DNA from: Candidatus Brocadiia bacterium
Lineage (GTDB): Bacteria; Planctomycetota; B143-G9
Assembly: GCA_041648755.1 (NCBI GenBank)
Contig: JBAZOJ010000002.1
Location: forward strand, 1 to 58,288
Reading direction: 5' to 3'
Length of the DNA stretch: 58,288 nucleotides
Shown here piece by piece: positions 1 through 9,631 of the stretch (position 1 is its first letter; the number at the start of each line of letters is the position of its first letter). The notes beneath the pieces are model-generated. The model saw only the letters and a program-made list of their open reading frames with translations, did not search any database and was not told the origin of the DNA. Both the position numbers and the translations under genes were made by a program.

Positions 1-25
1 CGCTGATTGGCTCTCATTTTCGGGA

Positions 26-54
26 ATAAGGGCGTCCCAATGGGACGCCCTTAT
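26..54. terminator. Perfect 14-bp inverted repeat, probable intrinsic terminator of a gene upstream of the window
   Basis: ATAAGGGCGTCCCA-A-TGGGACGCCCTTAT; same AAGGGCG...CGCCCTT style as the hairpins after the large paralogs. Confidence 0.65.
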
Positions 55-173
55 CATTAGTGGTTCCAGAAATTGGGGGTATTGGATCGGCCATGCCATC
101 ACGGAACAGACGCTCACTGGCTGCTTCTGGAGAGAGAGTCAATTCCTACCGCGAAAAACCCCGCAATAATGGA

Positions 174-202
174 ACGACCCCTGTTGTCGACAGTACTATA
201 TT
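174..202 (+). promoter_or_regulatory. Possible sigma70-type promoter for paralog 1 (good -10, poor -35)
   Basis: TATATT at 197-202, in a TGTCG...CTATATT context similar to the paralog 2 promoter; -35 only ACGACC-like. Confidence 0.35.
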
Positions 203-307
203 GCCGAGAGCCCTTTCAAAGAGGGCTGGAGCGGTTTTTTGGCCCTGCGCCGCGTCGCAACCGGTATGCTGTGGAGACGCCGTAACCATACGCTTAAGGG
301 GTGTACT

Positions 308-3300
308 ATGTTCAGGAACCTTTTCGTCGGATCGCTGCTTTTCCTTGCCGCTTTACTGTGCTTCTCGCCGTACGCGAAGGCTGGCGCTTCTGACTTCAAC
401 GAGAACTGGGACAGCGGATACAGCTACGGTCAGATGATGACCTCTTCGAGTACACCATGGTCTTTCTCATGTCCATCCGGAGTCTGCGGCTGTTCTTACG
501 CGGGAAGCGTTGACGGCTACAACTACAGTTCCTCTCAACTGGCGGGTCACATGGGTTGCCCGTATGGAAACTACTCCGGCTGGGGTGGCTATTACGACTG
601 GTACATGAGCCGCACTTGGTCGAATCCGACTTTTGCCCCCGGGACGCTCAAGTTCTGGTACTACTTGAGCGACGCCAGTCTCGACATCCAATACACGCCG
701 GATGGCTATAACTGGTACATAGCAGCCTATATCTACAGCTATCCGACGTATGATTACGGTTCAACCACGTCGGTCAGCATTCCGTCTGGCACCTTGGGAA
801 TTCGTTTCCACACTTACTGCTACTCTTACGCGTACTACTACGGCGCCTGGATCGACGACATCAAGTTCACAGTTCCCTGGGTGGAAATAGCTTCCATCAC
901 CGGTTACAACGCGACCGACATCAACGCGGGCATCCTGAATCTCACAGCGACTACGACCACCGTTTTTACAGGCGTGGACAAGGTCGAGTGGCAGTACAAG
1001 AAGAGCACCGACACGCTGTGGAGCGCGACGACGACTGATAACACTCCTGTGAACGGGTTCACCTATACGTTGGACACGGGGACCATTACCGACAGCTCAT
1101 TCCAAGTTCGGGCGCGGGCTTACGATGACGGCAACTATGGAGATTGGTTCATCGCCGTAATCCAGGTGCAGAACCTCGGTTCGGTGACATTGACTCCTCC
1201 CAGTCCGACTGGAGGGGACACAATAATGACTCTGTCGTACACTCGACAGTTGGTCGACGCATGGTTCCCCGCGAACAAGTGGGTGCATTCGAGCTTCTAC
1301 TGCAGCAGCAGCTATTACTGGACCGTTGACGTGGCTAATCCGATTCCCTACAGCGGTACGGCTACAAAGGTGCAGTCGAACTTCTACCAGACCTTCACCG
1401 AATACAACGGTTGCTCCAACTACAATTCGTGGAAGCTGAAGCTGTTTTCCGGTTCGGGCGGCAGTTTCACCGAAGTGGCAACGTCCCAGTCGATAAACGC
1501 GGAAAGCGGCTTGAAGGAGTATGATCTGTCCGGCTCTACATTCACGAACCTGGCCAAGAACCTGTTGCTCGGCCAGGAAGCAGGATATTGGGCATGTTAC
1601 AACGCAGGCAATTGGTCCGGCGGCAATTCGCAGAACTGCTGGTACAAGTACTATACCAGTTCGGGTTGGTCCGGGCCCTACACATACTACATTGTGCCTT
1701 TGCGCATCAAGATGAAGAGCTATGGCTCCGACATCGATCAGGTGTCATTCCAGTATTCCGCCGACGGCAGCCCTTGGGTTTCCCTTGGCAACAACCAGAT
1801 CGTAAAGGTCTCCGGTCAGGACAAGTACACAATCAACTGGGCCTCCTGGGCAGTTGACAGCAGCAACGTCAGTTTCAGGGTCCGCCTGCACTACGGGCCA
1901 GTGTGGAGCGGGACGTATACCTTTGGACCGTATCCAGTGCGCAACAGGATTGACCTGACCTACAACATCGCGAAGAGCCCCAGCGCGCCCGGGAGTTTCA
2001 CACCGGTTGCGGGCACGCAGTTGACGATAGGCTCCACGGCCACGACGGTTCCCTATTCCACGAATACAGGCTACTACGGGACATTCACGATTTCCGCCCC
2101 GCAATACATCATGGATGTGGGCGGAACTCAGTGGCGATTTGACTACTGGAGCGATGGCGGCGGGATAACCCACGAAATGCAGGTCCTGCCGAAGATGACC
2201 GGGACAATTACAGCCTTCTATGCGAGACAGGTCTACTTCGCAGTGGACTCAATTGTCAGCAATTACGTGGCGCCCCCGGCGGGGTACTACGAGCCCGGAA
2301 CCTTGATTCAGATACAGGTTCCGCAGTACAGCAACGTGGATTCTGTCACGAGATACCGCTACGTGTCGATGGACATTCCCTCGATCAGCATAAACACGAC
2401 CGAGACATGGTACAGCTTCAATCTGCCAGCCAGAACGATTGTGACCCTGAACTGGCAGTTGGAGTACTACTTCACGGTTCAGAACGACAAGGGAGTCGGC
2501 ACCGGCACCGCAAACGGGTGGTACTCTGACGGTGCTACCGTCAGCTACTCCGTGGCGCAGACCCTTGACAATGGCACAGGCGCGCGGTTTGACAACCGCG
2601 GGTACAACATCAACAGCGCGTTCGGCGCCGCAAGCCGCAGCTATACTGGTACGCTCACACAGCCGATAACGATCCAGTGGATCTGGCAGCAGCAATATAA
2701 CGTGGTAGTTTCGAGCAACGTCGGCACGACCACACCGGCGTCGGGCTGGTATGATGCGGGAACGGTGCTCAGCTTGAACTCCATAGTACCGGGCAGCACA
2801 TCCACGGTGTCGATGACGTTCAACGGCTGGGCGGGCAGCGGAACGGGGTCGGTCACGACAAGTGGCGGAAGCCCGGCCGTTCCGATAACCGTGAACGGAT
2901 ACATTACCGAGGTCGGAACCTGGACGGTATCGTTCAAACTCGACCTCATCGCTGTTAACGGACTCGGTTCGTTCTCGCCGGATGCCACAGGCTGGTACCC
3001 GGCCGGCACGATGGTCACGATAAACATAGTATCTCCGACTTCACCGACCGGTTCACGTTACGTACCGCAGTGGATAGGCGAAGGCAACGGAGCATTTTCC
3101 TCAATCGCGGCACCTGATGTACCGGTGTCCGTGACGGTGAAGATGGACAACCCGATCAAGGAATCAGTGCAGTGGCACCTGCAGCACTCACTGACGATCG
3201 AGAACCCTGATGGCTACGGGACGCAGAACCCGGCCGCAGGCGTTTACTGGCACATGAACGGTGATAAGATAAGTGGCGTGTGCCAATACATCGTCGGCAG

Positions 3301-4711
3301 CAAGATGTGCGACGGGTACTACGGCACCGGCTCGATAACCAACGGCACTAAGCCGTACTTCTCGGGCTTCATCACAGCGCCGACGCTGGTTCGGTGGGCC
3401 TGGAGGGACAGGCCGACCGCTGGCGATCAAAGTTGGAACACGTCGGAACTCATCATCAACATCGACACTCCTTCCCAGATGTCTGCCTCCCGCGACACAG
3501 CGGGTCATCCTGTAGTTGCTTATTACGACAAGACCTATCACGCGATCAAGATCGCAGTCAAGGACGAAAGCGGTTGGACCGTCAGCACATTCCGCGAGAA
3601 CGTCTCTTACCTCAACTGGCTGGACCTGTATGTTGACACCGCGAACAACCCCCATATCACCTGCTACGCAGTACAGGACAGGATTCTCCGTTATTACGGA
3701 GCGTTCGAGACGGTAAAGGTGGAGTTCTCGCCGGTGACACCGGACGTCATCCAGACAGTGGGCGATTCCGGTCGCAATCCGCACATTGCCGTCAACACGA
3801 TGGGCGATGTCTTTATCTCGTTCTACGACATGGCAGAGAACGCGCTAAAGGTTGTCTCGCGCATGCACGATTCGAGCGACTGGTCAGCGGAAACGGTGGA
3901 TTCCGAAGGTAACCCTGGAATGTTCAACGCTATCGCAATTCGTGAAATAGACGGGATGCCAGTCATTGCCTACCACTCGCTGACTCTCCGCAGGCTCATG
4001 TATGCCGAGAGCAGCGAAGGCGGATGGGTGCTGAGCATTGTTGACGACGATGGTGCACAGGGCTTCTACCCCTCGCTGGCCTTGTCTCCGGACGGCACTC
4101 CTATGATCGCATACCAGGACGTTACTGACAGCAACAAGATGCACCTGAAGTTCGCAACCCGCGTTGGCGATCAGTGGAGCACCGCGCTTGTCGATTCAAC
4201 GGATCGCTGCGGTTTCAACACCTCAATCGTTGCCGATGAGAACGGGGTCATCCATATCGGTCACCACGACGAGCACAACTTGAGATATGCTCGTTTTAAT
4301 GGTTCAGCCTGGGAAACCATGGCTCTCGGTGGAACGAACGTAGTTGGAAACACTGCGGTCGTGCTGGGAACGAACGGCTATCCGCAGCTTGTCTACCTCG
4401 ATGGAGGGAAGATCACCACGATTTCCGCGAAGAGTAGCACCGGGAGTGGCGGAGATGGCGGAGATGGCGGCGACGGCGGGACAACACCGACAACCAGCGG
4501 AGGCGGCGGATGCTTTGTGGCAACGGCTGCCTTTGGCTCGCTTGCAGCCTCTGAAGTCAACGCACTGACTTCTTGCAGAGATGCCGTGGTTGCTGGTTCA
4601 GAATCCGGCGCGGCCCTCGTAAGAGCCTATTACACCGTAGCCCCGAGCGCTGCGGACTCAATCCGCGCAAACGGCGCAATCAAGGCCTTCGTAAGAAGCC
4701 TGCTCGATTAG
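308..4711 (+). CDS. Large secreted surface protein, paralog 1 (1467 aa): signal peptide, two Tyr-rich variable domains, divergent InlB-B/Flg_new-like repeats, beta-propeller, Gly/Asp linker, CFI-box-CTERM-like tail
   Basis: ATG at 308 after AAGGGGTG; signal peptide MFRNLFVGSLLFLAALLCFSPYAKA; repeats GYYEPGT/GWYSDGA/GWYDAGT/GWYPAGT; PxIAYxD propeller blades; ends TTSGGGGCFVATAAFGS...FVRSLLD. Confidence 0.85.
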   Translation: MFRNLFVGSLLFLAALLCFSPYAKAGASDFNENWDSGYSYGQMMTSSSTPWSFSCPSGVCGCSYAGSVDGYNYSSSQLAGHMGCPYGNYSGWGGYYDWYMSRTWSNPTFAPGTLKFWYYLSDASLDIQYTPDGYNWYIAAYIYSYPTYDYGSTTSVSIPSGTLGIRFHTYCYSYAYYYGAWIDDIKFTVPWVEIASITGYNATDINAGILNLTATTTTVFTGVDKVEWQYKKSTDTLWSATTTDNTPVNGFTYTLDTGTITDSSFQVRARAYDDGNYGDWFIAVIQVQNLGSVTLTPPSPTGGDTIMTLSYTRQLVDAWFPANKWVHSSFYCSSSYYWTVDVANPIPYSGTATKVQSNFYQTFTEYNGCSNYNSWKLKLFSGSGGSFTEVATSQSINAESGLKEYDLSGSTFTNLAKNLLLGQEAGYWACYNAGNWSGGNSQNCWYKYYTSSGWSGPYTYYIVPLRIKMKSYGSDIDQVSFQYSADGSPWVSLGNNQIVKVSGQDKYTINWASWAVDSSNVSFRVRLHYGPVWSGTYTFGPYPVRNRIDLTYNIAKSPSAPGSFTPVAGTQLTIGSTATTVPYSTNTGYYGTFTISAPQYIMDVGGTQWRFDYWSDGGGITHEMQVLPKMTGTITAFYARQVYFAVDSIVSNYVAPPAGYYEPGTLIQIQVPQYSNVDSVTRYRYVSMDIPSISINTTETWYSFNLPARTIVTLNWQLEYYFTVQNDKGVGTGTANGWYSDGATVSYSVAQTLDNGTGARFDNRGYNINSAFGAASRSYTGTLTQPITIQWIWQQQYNVVVSSNVGTTTPASGWYDAGTVLSLNSIVPGSTSTVSMTFNGWAGSGTGSVTTSGGSPAVPITVNGYITEVGTWTVSFKLDLIAVNGLGSFSPDATGWYPAGTMVTINIVSPTSPTGSRYVPQWIGEGNGAFSSIAAPDVPVSVTVKMDNPIKESVQWHLQHSLTIENPDGYGTQNPAAGVYWHMNGDKISGVCQYIVGSKMCDGYYGTGSITNGTKPYFSGFITAPTLVRWAWRDRPTAGDQSWNTSELIINIDTPSQMSASRDTAGHPVVAYYDKTYHAIKIAVKDESGWTVSTFRENVSYLNWLDLYVDTANNPHITCYAVQDRILRYYGAFETVKVEFSPVTPDVIQTVGDSGRNPHIAVNTMGDVFISFYDMAENALKVVSRMHDSSDWSAETVDSEGNPGMFNAIAIREIDGMPVIAYHSLTLRRLMYAESSEGGWVLSIVDDDGAQGFYPSLALSPDGTPMIAYQDVTDSNKMHLKFATRVGDQWSTALVDSTDRCGFNTSIVADENGVIHIGHHDEHNLRYARFNGSAWETMALGGTNVVGNTAVVLGTNGYPQLVYLDGGKITTISAKSSTGSGGDGGDGGDGGTTPTTSGGGGCFVATAAFGSLAASEVNALTSCRDAVVAGSESGAALVRAYYTVAPSAADSIRANGAIKAFVRSLLD
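4448..4480 (+). repeat. Low-complexity Gly-Gly-Asp repeat linker (9-bp unit); similar linkers at ~9121-9155 and ~13820-13858
   Basis: GGCGGAGATGGCGGAGATGGCGGCGACGGCGGG encoding GGDGGDGGDGG. Confidence 0.7.
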
Positions 4712-4737
4712 CCAACTTCTGGGCACGAACAGATATT

Positions 4738-4767
4738 AAGGGCGCTCCGTCGGGGCGCCCTTTTTCA
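4738..4767 (+). terminator. Rho-independent terminator after paralog 1
   Basis: AAGGGCGCTCC-GTC-GGGGCGCCCTT followed by T tract. Confidence 0.85.
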
Positions 4768-4928
4768 TTCCGGATCGGGAATTGCGGAATCGGGAACATC
4801 GCAGGACCTGATCTGCCAACTCAGTCTCCCTCCAACACCAATGTGAACAGCGTTTGAGTGAAGAGCGACTCGGCAGATGGCGCATCCGGCCGATCCGAAG
4901 AGCACTTGGCAAGGCCACGAAAAAACTC

Positions 4929-4957
4929 TTGACTTTTCCCCTCTGTCGCACTATATT
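4929..4957 (+). promoter_or_regulatory. sigma70-type promoter of paralog 2
   Basis: TTGACT-17 bp-TATATT; RBS AAGGAG before ATG 5000. Confidence 0.75.
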
Positions 4958-4999
4958 CCGCAACGATAGCCAGAACGCAGTATCAATAAGGAGCGAGGC

Positions 5000-7900
5000 A
5001 TGTTCAAAAATGCAGTGGTTGGATTCTCCCTTGTCGTGGCCGCACTGCTGGGCTTTACGCGGAGCGCGAACGCTGCAAGTTCCTGGGACGTCAGCGAGAA
5101 ATGGGATAGCGGTTACAGCAACGGCCAGGCGATCTACAGCTACTCGACGCCATGGTCATCCTACACCACCTACAGCGGCTACCCGATGTACAACTCCAGA
5201 AGCGCGGACGTTGACAGCTACTACTACTCATCGTCTTCGTACGCGGCGCATATCGGGTGTCCGTATGGCTATTACATGTACACAGGCTTCTACGACTGCT
5301 ACCTGATCTATACTTGGTCATCACCGACGCTTGCAGCCGGTACGCTGACATTCTGGTACTACGTGAGATACTCGAGCCTCGACGTCCAATACACGACCGA
5401 TGGCTCAACCTGGTACACTGCCGCCACCCAGGCAAATTACTACTCCTACGTGTACGGCGCAAACACCTCTGTCACAATTCCCGCCGGAGCCAGGGCGATT
5501 CGCTTTCACAGCTACGCCTATCTGTACTACTACTACTATGGGGTGTGGATAGACAACGTCAAGTACGTGATGCCATGGATCGACGTCAATTCCATCAGCG
5601 GATACAACAGCACGGACATCAATGCGGGCGTACTCAGTCTTACTGCCAACGTCACTTCAGTGCTGACCGGTGTCGACTTTGTCGAGTGGCAATACAGGAA
5701 GAGCACGGACACTCTATGGAGTGACGCGACTACCGACAACACCCCTGAAGATGGCTTTACATGCGCGCTCGACACATCTGGCATTACAGACAACGCATTT
5801 CAGGTGCAAGCCCGAGGCTACGATGACGGCAACTATGGCGAATGGGCGGGAACAACGATGCAGGTCCAGAATTTCGCCTCGGTTGCCCTATCATCGCCTG
5901 ATGTCGGGGGTGGAGATACTGCAATGACCCTTTCGTATGTCCGAACACTTGTGGATGTGTGGCATCCCGCGAATCAGTGGACTCATACAAGACTGTATAG
6001 CACCAGCAGCAACTACTCGGCGGTTGACGTATCGAAGCCAATCCCTTACAGCGGTACCGCTACGAAGGTTCAGACGAACTTCTCATACACATACTCCTCC
6101 AGCTACAACAACTGGGCTCTGAAGCTTTACTCCGGGTCAGCGGGGAGCTTCACGGAAGTGGCCTCCTCCAATACAATAACTGCCGAAATAGGGCTCAAGG
6201 AATACGATCTCTCCAGCACCACTTTTTCGAACCTGTCGAAGAACCTGCTGCTGGGGATATACGGTGGGCGCTGGATGATGTACGATCCGTCCGGATACTT
6301 CACAGGCAATACGCAGAGCTGCTATTACAAGTCCAGCACGACCTGGTATGGGCCGTATACGACCTACAAGGTGCCTTTGCGAATTAAGATGAGTAGCTAC
6401 GGCGCAGATGTGGATCAAGTCTCATTCCAGTACCGGGCGGACGGTGGTCCATGGATTTCGCTGGGCAACAGCCAGATCGTCAAGATTGCCAGTTTGGACA
6501 AGTTCGCCATCAATTGGGCTTCCTGGGCTGTCGACAGTGACGAGGTGGAATTCAGGGCTCGATTCCATTATGGCCCCGTCTGGAGTGGAACGTATACATT
6601 CGGTCCGTATGCCGTGCATAACCGGATCGATCTGACGTACAACATCGCTAAGAGTCCTGGCGCCCCGGGCATGCTGAATCCGGTCTCGGACACAGAATTG
6701 ACAATCGACGCGCTCCCCCGGACAGTGCCCTATTCCGCAGACACGACCTACTACGGGGCGTTTACCATAGACGCTCCACAATACATCTCTGACATAGATG
6801 GCACACAATGGCGATTTGACTATTGGAGCGATGGCGGAGCCATGAGCCACGAAATGCAGGTGCTTCCGAGGATGAACACGGTGATCACGGCGTTCTACGC
6901 GAGGCAGACTTACTTTGGCGTTGACTCATACGTGAGCGATTTCGTCGCACCTCCTGCGGGCTACTACGAGCCCGGGACGTTGATTCAGGTGCAAGTTCCC
7001 AAATACAGTTACGTGTCCTCGGACACAAGATACCTCTTCGTTTCGATGGAAATGCCTACATTGAACGTCACTACCACAGAGAAGTGGTACACGTTCAACC
7101 TGACGGCCAGGACGATCGTCACCTTGAACTGGCAACTCGAGTACTACTTTGCAGTTCAGAACGACAAGGGAGTCGGCACCGGCACCGCAAACGGGTGGTA
7201 TTCTGAGGGAACGGCCGTCAGCTACTCGGTTGCATCGACGCTCGACAATGGCGCAGGCGCACGGTTAGACAATCGGGGCTACAACCTGAACGGTGCATTC
7301 GGCGCCGCGAGCGGCAGCTACTCCGCGCCATTGAGTTGCCCAATCGTGATCCAGTGGATCTGGCAGCAGCAGTACAATGTCTTGATTTCGAGCAATGTTG
7401 GCACGAGTATACCGGCTTCAGGCTGGTACGATGCAGGAACGACGCTGAGCTTGAATTCCATCGTGCCAGGGAGCACTTCCACGGTATCGACTGTCTTCAA
7501 TGGATGGTCAGGAACTGGCACAGGCGCAGTAACTACCGCTGGTGGTAGTCCTGCAATACAGATGACGGTGAACGGATGTATCACGGAAGTAGGCACTTGG
7601 AGCGTTTCATACAAGCTCGACCTCATCGCTGTAAACGGCCTCGGAGGCTTCATGCCGGATGCCACGGGCTGGTATCCTGCGGGAGCAATGGTCACGATCA
7701 ACATCGTTTCCCCAAGTGCGACATCGGGTTCGCGTTACATTCCGCAGTGGATAGGCGAAGGCAATGGAGCTTTGTCCTCGATCGCGGCTCCGGACGTTCC
7801 GGCATCCGTGACGGTGAAGATGGATAACCCGATCAAGGAGTCAGTGCAGTGGCACCTGCAGCACTCACTGACGATCGAAAATCCCGATGGCTTTGGAACG

Positions 7901-9391
7901 CAGAATCCTGCTGTCGGAACATACTGGCTCTTCAACGGCTCCAGGGCCAGCGGAGTATGTCAGTACATAGTCGGGGACAAACTGTGCGATGGCTACTTCG
8001 GCTCCGGCTCCACAGTTTCGGGTTCCAAGCCGTACTTCTCATGCTTCATCACGGCACCGTCTCTGGTACGTTGGGTATGGAAGGACAAGCCGCCTATTGG
8101 TGAGCAGAGCTGGAACACATCAGACCTCATTGTCTCCGTGGGTTCGCCGAGTCATATGGCTGCTTCCCGCGACACATCCGGACATCCGGTTGTGGCTTAC
8201 TACGATGCTGAGGCGAAGGCAATCATGATAGCTGTCAAGGGCGATAGCTCCTGGGCGGTAAGCACTCTTTGCGATGGCGTCGATAACCTGGACTGGCTCG
8301 ATCTGTATGTCGACAGTGCGAACAATCCACATGTCACCTACTACGCCATTTCCGACAGGATCCTACACTATGTTGGTGCCTTCGAAGAAGCCAAGACTGA
8401 CTCATTGACAGGTCTCGCGGATGTCATACAGACCGATGGCGACTCCGGGCGCAATCCGCACATCGCTGTCAATACGATGGGCGATGTTTTCATCGCGTTC
8501 TACGACATGTCCGAGAACGCACTGAAAGTAGCCTCTCGGGCCCATGACGAGACCATTTGGACCGAAGAGACAGTTGACTCAGAAGGCAATCCCGGGCTAT
8601 TCAACGCAATCGCGATCCGCGAAATAGACGGAATGCCGGTAATCGCATACCACTCGCTTACGTTGCGCCGTCTGATGTACGCGGAAAGCACCGAGGGTGG
8701 ATGGCAGTTGAGCGTTGTTGACTCGGATGGTGATCAGGGATTCTATCCCTCACTTGCTCTGACGCCCGATGGCGTGCCGATGATTGCCTATCAGGACGGG
8801 ACCGACGGCAACAACCTGCATTTGAAGTTCGCAACCCGGAGCGGCGGGCAATGGTTCACGGTTCTTGTTGACTCAACTGCGGGCTGCGGTTTCAATACGT
8901 CTATCGCTGTTGACCCGATCGGGGTGATCCATATCGGGCATCATAATCTCGGCAATCTCAGATACGCCCGCTACGACGGCGCATCCTGGGAACTCTCTTC
9001 TCTGGGAGGTAACAGAGTTATTGGCGACACGGCAGTTGTGCTGGGTTCCAACGACTATCCGCAGGTGGTCTACCTTGACGAAGGCAAGATCGCTACGGTT
9101 GCCGCGAAGGGCGGCGCAAGTGGCGGCGATGACGGTGATGGTGGCGACGGCGACGGAACAACCCCGACGACCAGCGGTGGCGGCGGCGGATGCTTCGTGG
9201 CAACGGCGGCCTTTGGCACGCTTTCAGCCTCTGAAGTCAACGCACTGACTTCTTGCAGGGACGCCGTAGTTGCCGGTTCTGGATCCGGCTCTGCCCTCGT
9301 AAGAGGCTATTACGCCGTAGCTCCGAGCGCTGCGGATCCGCTCCGCTCAAGCAGCGCAATCAGGGCTGTCGTACGAAGCTTGCTCGATTAG
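5000..9391 (+). CDS. Large secreted surface protein, paralog 2 (1463 aa), the most divergent copy
   Basis: Signal peptide ending SANA; collinear with paralog 1 along its length; ends SGGGGGCFVATAAFG...VVRSLLD. Confidence 0.85.
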   Translation: MFKNAVVGFSLVVAALLGFTRSANAASSWDVSEKWDSGYSNGQAIYSYSTPWSSYTTYSGYPMYNSRSADVDSYYYSSSSYAAHIGCPYGYYMYTGFYDCYLIYTWSSPTLAAGTLTFWYYVRYSSLDVQYTTDGSTWYTAATQANYYSYVYGANTSVTIPAGARAIRFHSYAYLYYYYYGVWIDNVKYVMPWIDVNSISGYNSTDINAGVLSLTANVTSVLTGVDFVEWQYRKSTDTLWSDATTDNTPEDGFTCALDTSGITDNAFQVQARGYDDGNYGEWAGTTMQVQNFASVALSSPDVGGGDTAMTLSYVRTLVDVWHPANQWTHTRLYSTSSNYSAVDVSKPIPYSGTATKVQTNFSYTYSSSYNNWALKLYSGSAGSFTEVASSNTITAEIGLKEYDLSSTTFSNLSKNLLLGIYGGRWMMYDPSGYFTGNTQSCYYKSSTTWYGPYTTYKVPLRIKMSSYGADVDQVSFQYRADGGPWISLGNSQIVKIASLDKFAINWASWAVDSDEVEFRARFHYGPVWSGTYTFGPYAVHNRIDLTYNIAKSPGAPGMLNPVSDTELTIDALPRTVPYSADTTYYGAFTIDAPQYISDIDGTQWRFDYWSDGGAMSHEMQVLPRMNTVITAFYARQTYFGVDSYVSDFVAPPAGYYEPGTLIQVQVPKYSYVSSDTRYLFVSMEMPTLNVTTTEKWYTFNLTARTIVTLNWQLEYYFAVQNDKGVGTGTANGWYSEGTAVSYSVASTLDNGAGARLDNRGYNLNGAFGAASGSYSAPLSCPIVIQWIWQQQYNVLISSNVGTSIPASGWYDAGTTLSLNSIVPGSTSTVSTVFNGWSGTGTGAVTTAGGSPAIQMTVNGCITEVGTWSVSYKLDLIAVNGLGGFMPDATGWYPAGAMVTINIVSPSATSGSRYIPQWIGEGNGALSSIAAPDVPASVTVKMDNPIKESVQWHLQHSLTIENPDGFGTQNPAVGTYWLFNGSRASGVCQYIVGDKLCDGYFGSGSTVSGSKPYFSCFITAPSLVRWVWKDKPPIGEQSWNTSDLIVSVGSPSHMAASRDTSGHPVVAYYDAEAKAIMIAVKGDSSWAVSTLCDGVDNLDWLDLYVDSANNPHVTYYAISDRILHYVGAFEEAKTDSLTGLADVIQTDGDSGRNPHIAVNTMGDVFIAFYDMSENALKVASRAHDETIWTEETVDSEGNPGLFNAIAIREIDGMPVIAYHSLTLRRLMYAESTEGGWQLSVVDSDGDQGFYPSLALTPDGVPMIAYQDGTDGNNLHLKFATRSGGQWFTVLVDSTAGCGFNTSIAVDPIGVIHIGHHNLGNLRYARYDGASWELSSLGGNRVIGDTAVVLGSNDYPQVVYLDEGKIATVAAKGGASGGDDGDGGDGDGTTPTTSGGGGGCFVATAAFGTLSASEVNALTSCRDAVVAGSGSGSALVRGYYAVAPSAADPLRSSSAIRAVVRSLLD

Positions 9392-9419
9392 CTTGCGCGT
9401 TCGGATCTGACCTGATTGG

Positions 9420-9448
9420 TGGGGCGGCCCTTTGGGACGCCCCATTCT
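9420..9448 (+). terminator. Probable terminator after paralog 2
   Basis: GGGCGGCCC-TTT-GGGACGCCC stem with one mismatch, then ATTCTT. Confidence 0.55.
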
Positions 9449-9631
9449 TCGTCTCCGGCAATGCGCGTTCTCACAAGTACGGGGAACTTGCCGCTCGTTA
9501 CAATGGGCGGTTTGACCTACTGCAATGAGGCCCGAGCCAAAAGAACCTGCGAGATTTGTGAAACGCTCCCGGTACCGCGCAACGCCATAGGCTGCACCAC
9601 GTTCCATCAGATTGTCCAAGGGCGAAAAGTC

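Noticed and set aside
4712-4999. Invertible promoter switch or structured RNA between paralogs 1 and 2 (ATCTGCC 4811-4817 with GGCAGAT 4872-4878)
   Set aside because: Only a 7-bp match with weak interior pairing; not repeated in the other intergenic regions; no recombinase nearby.
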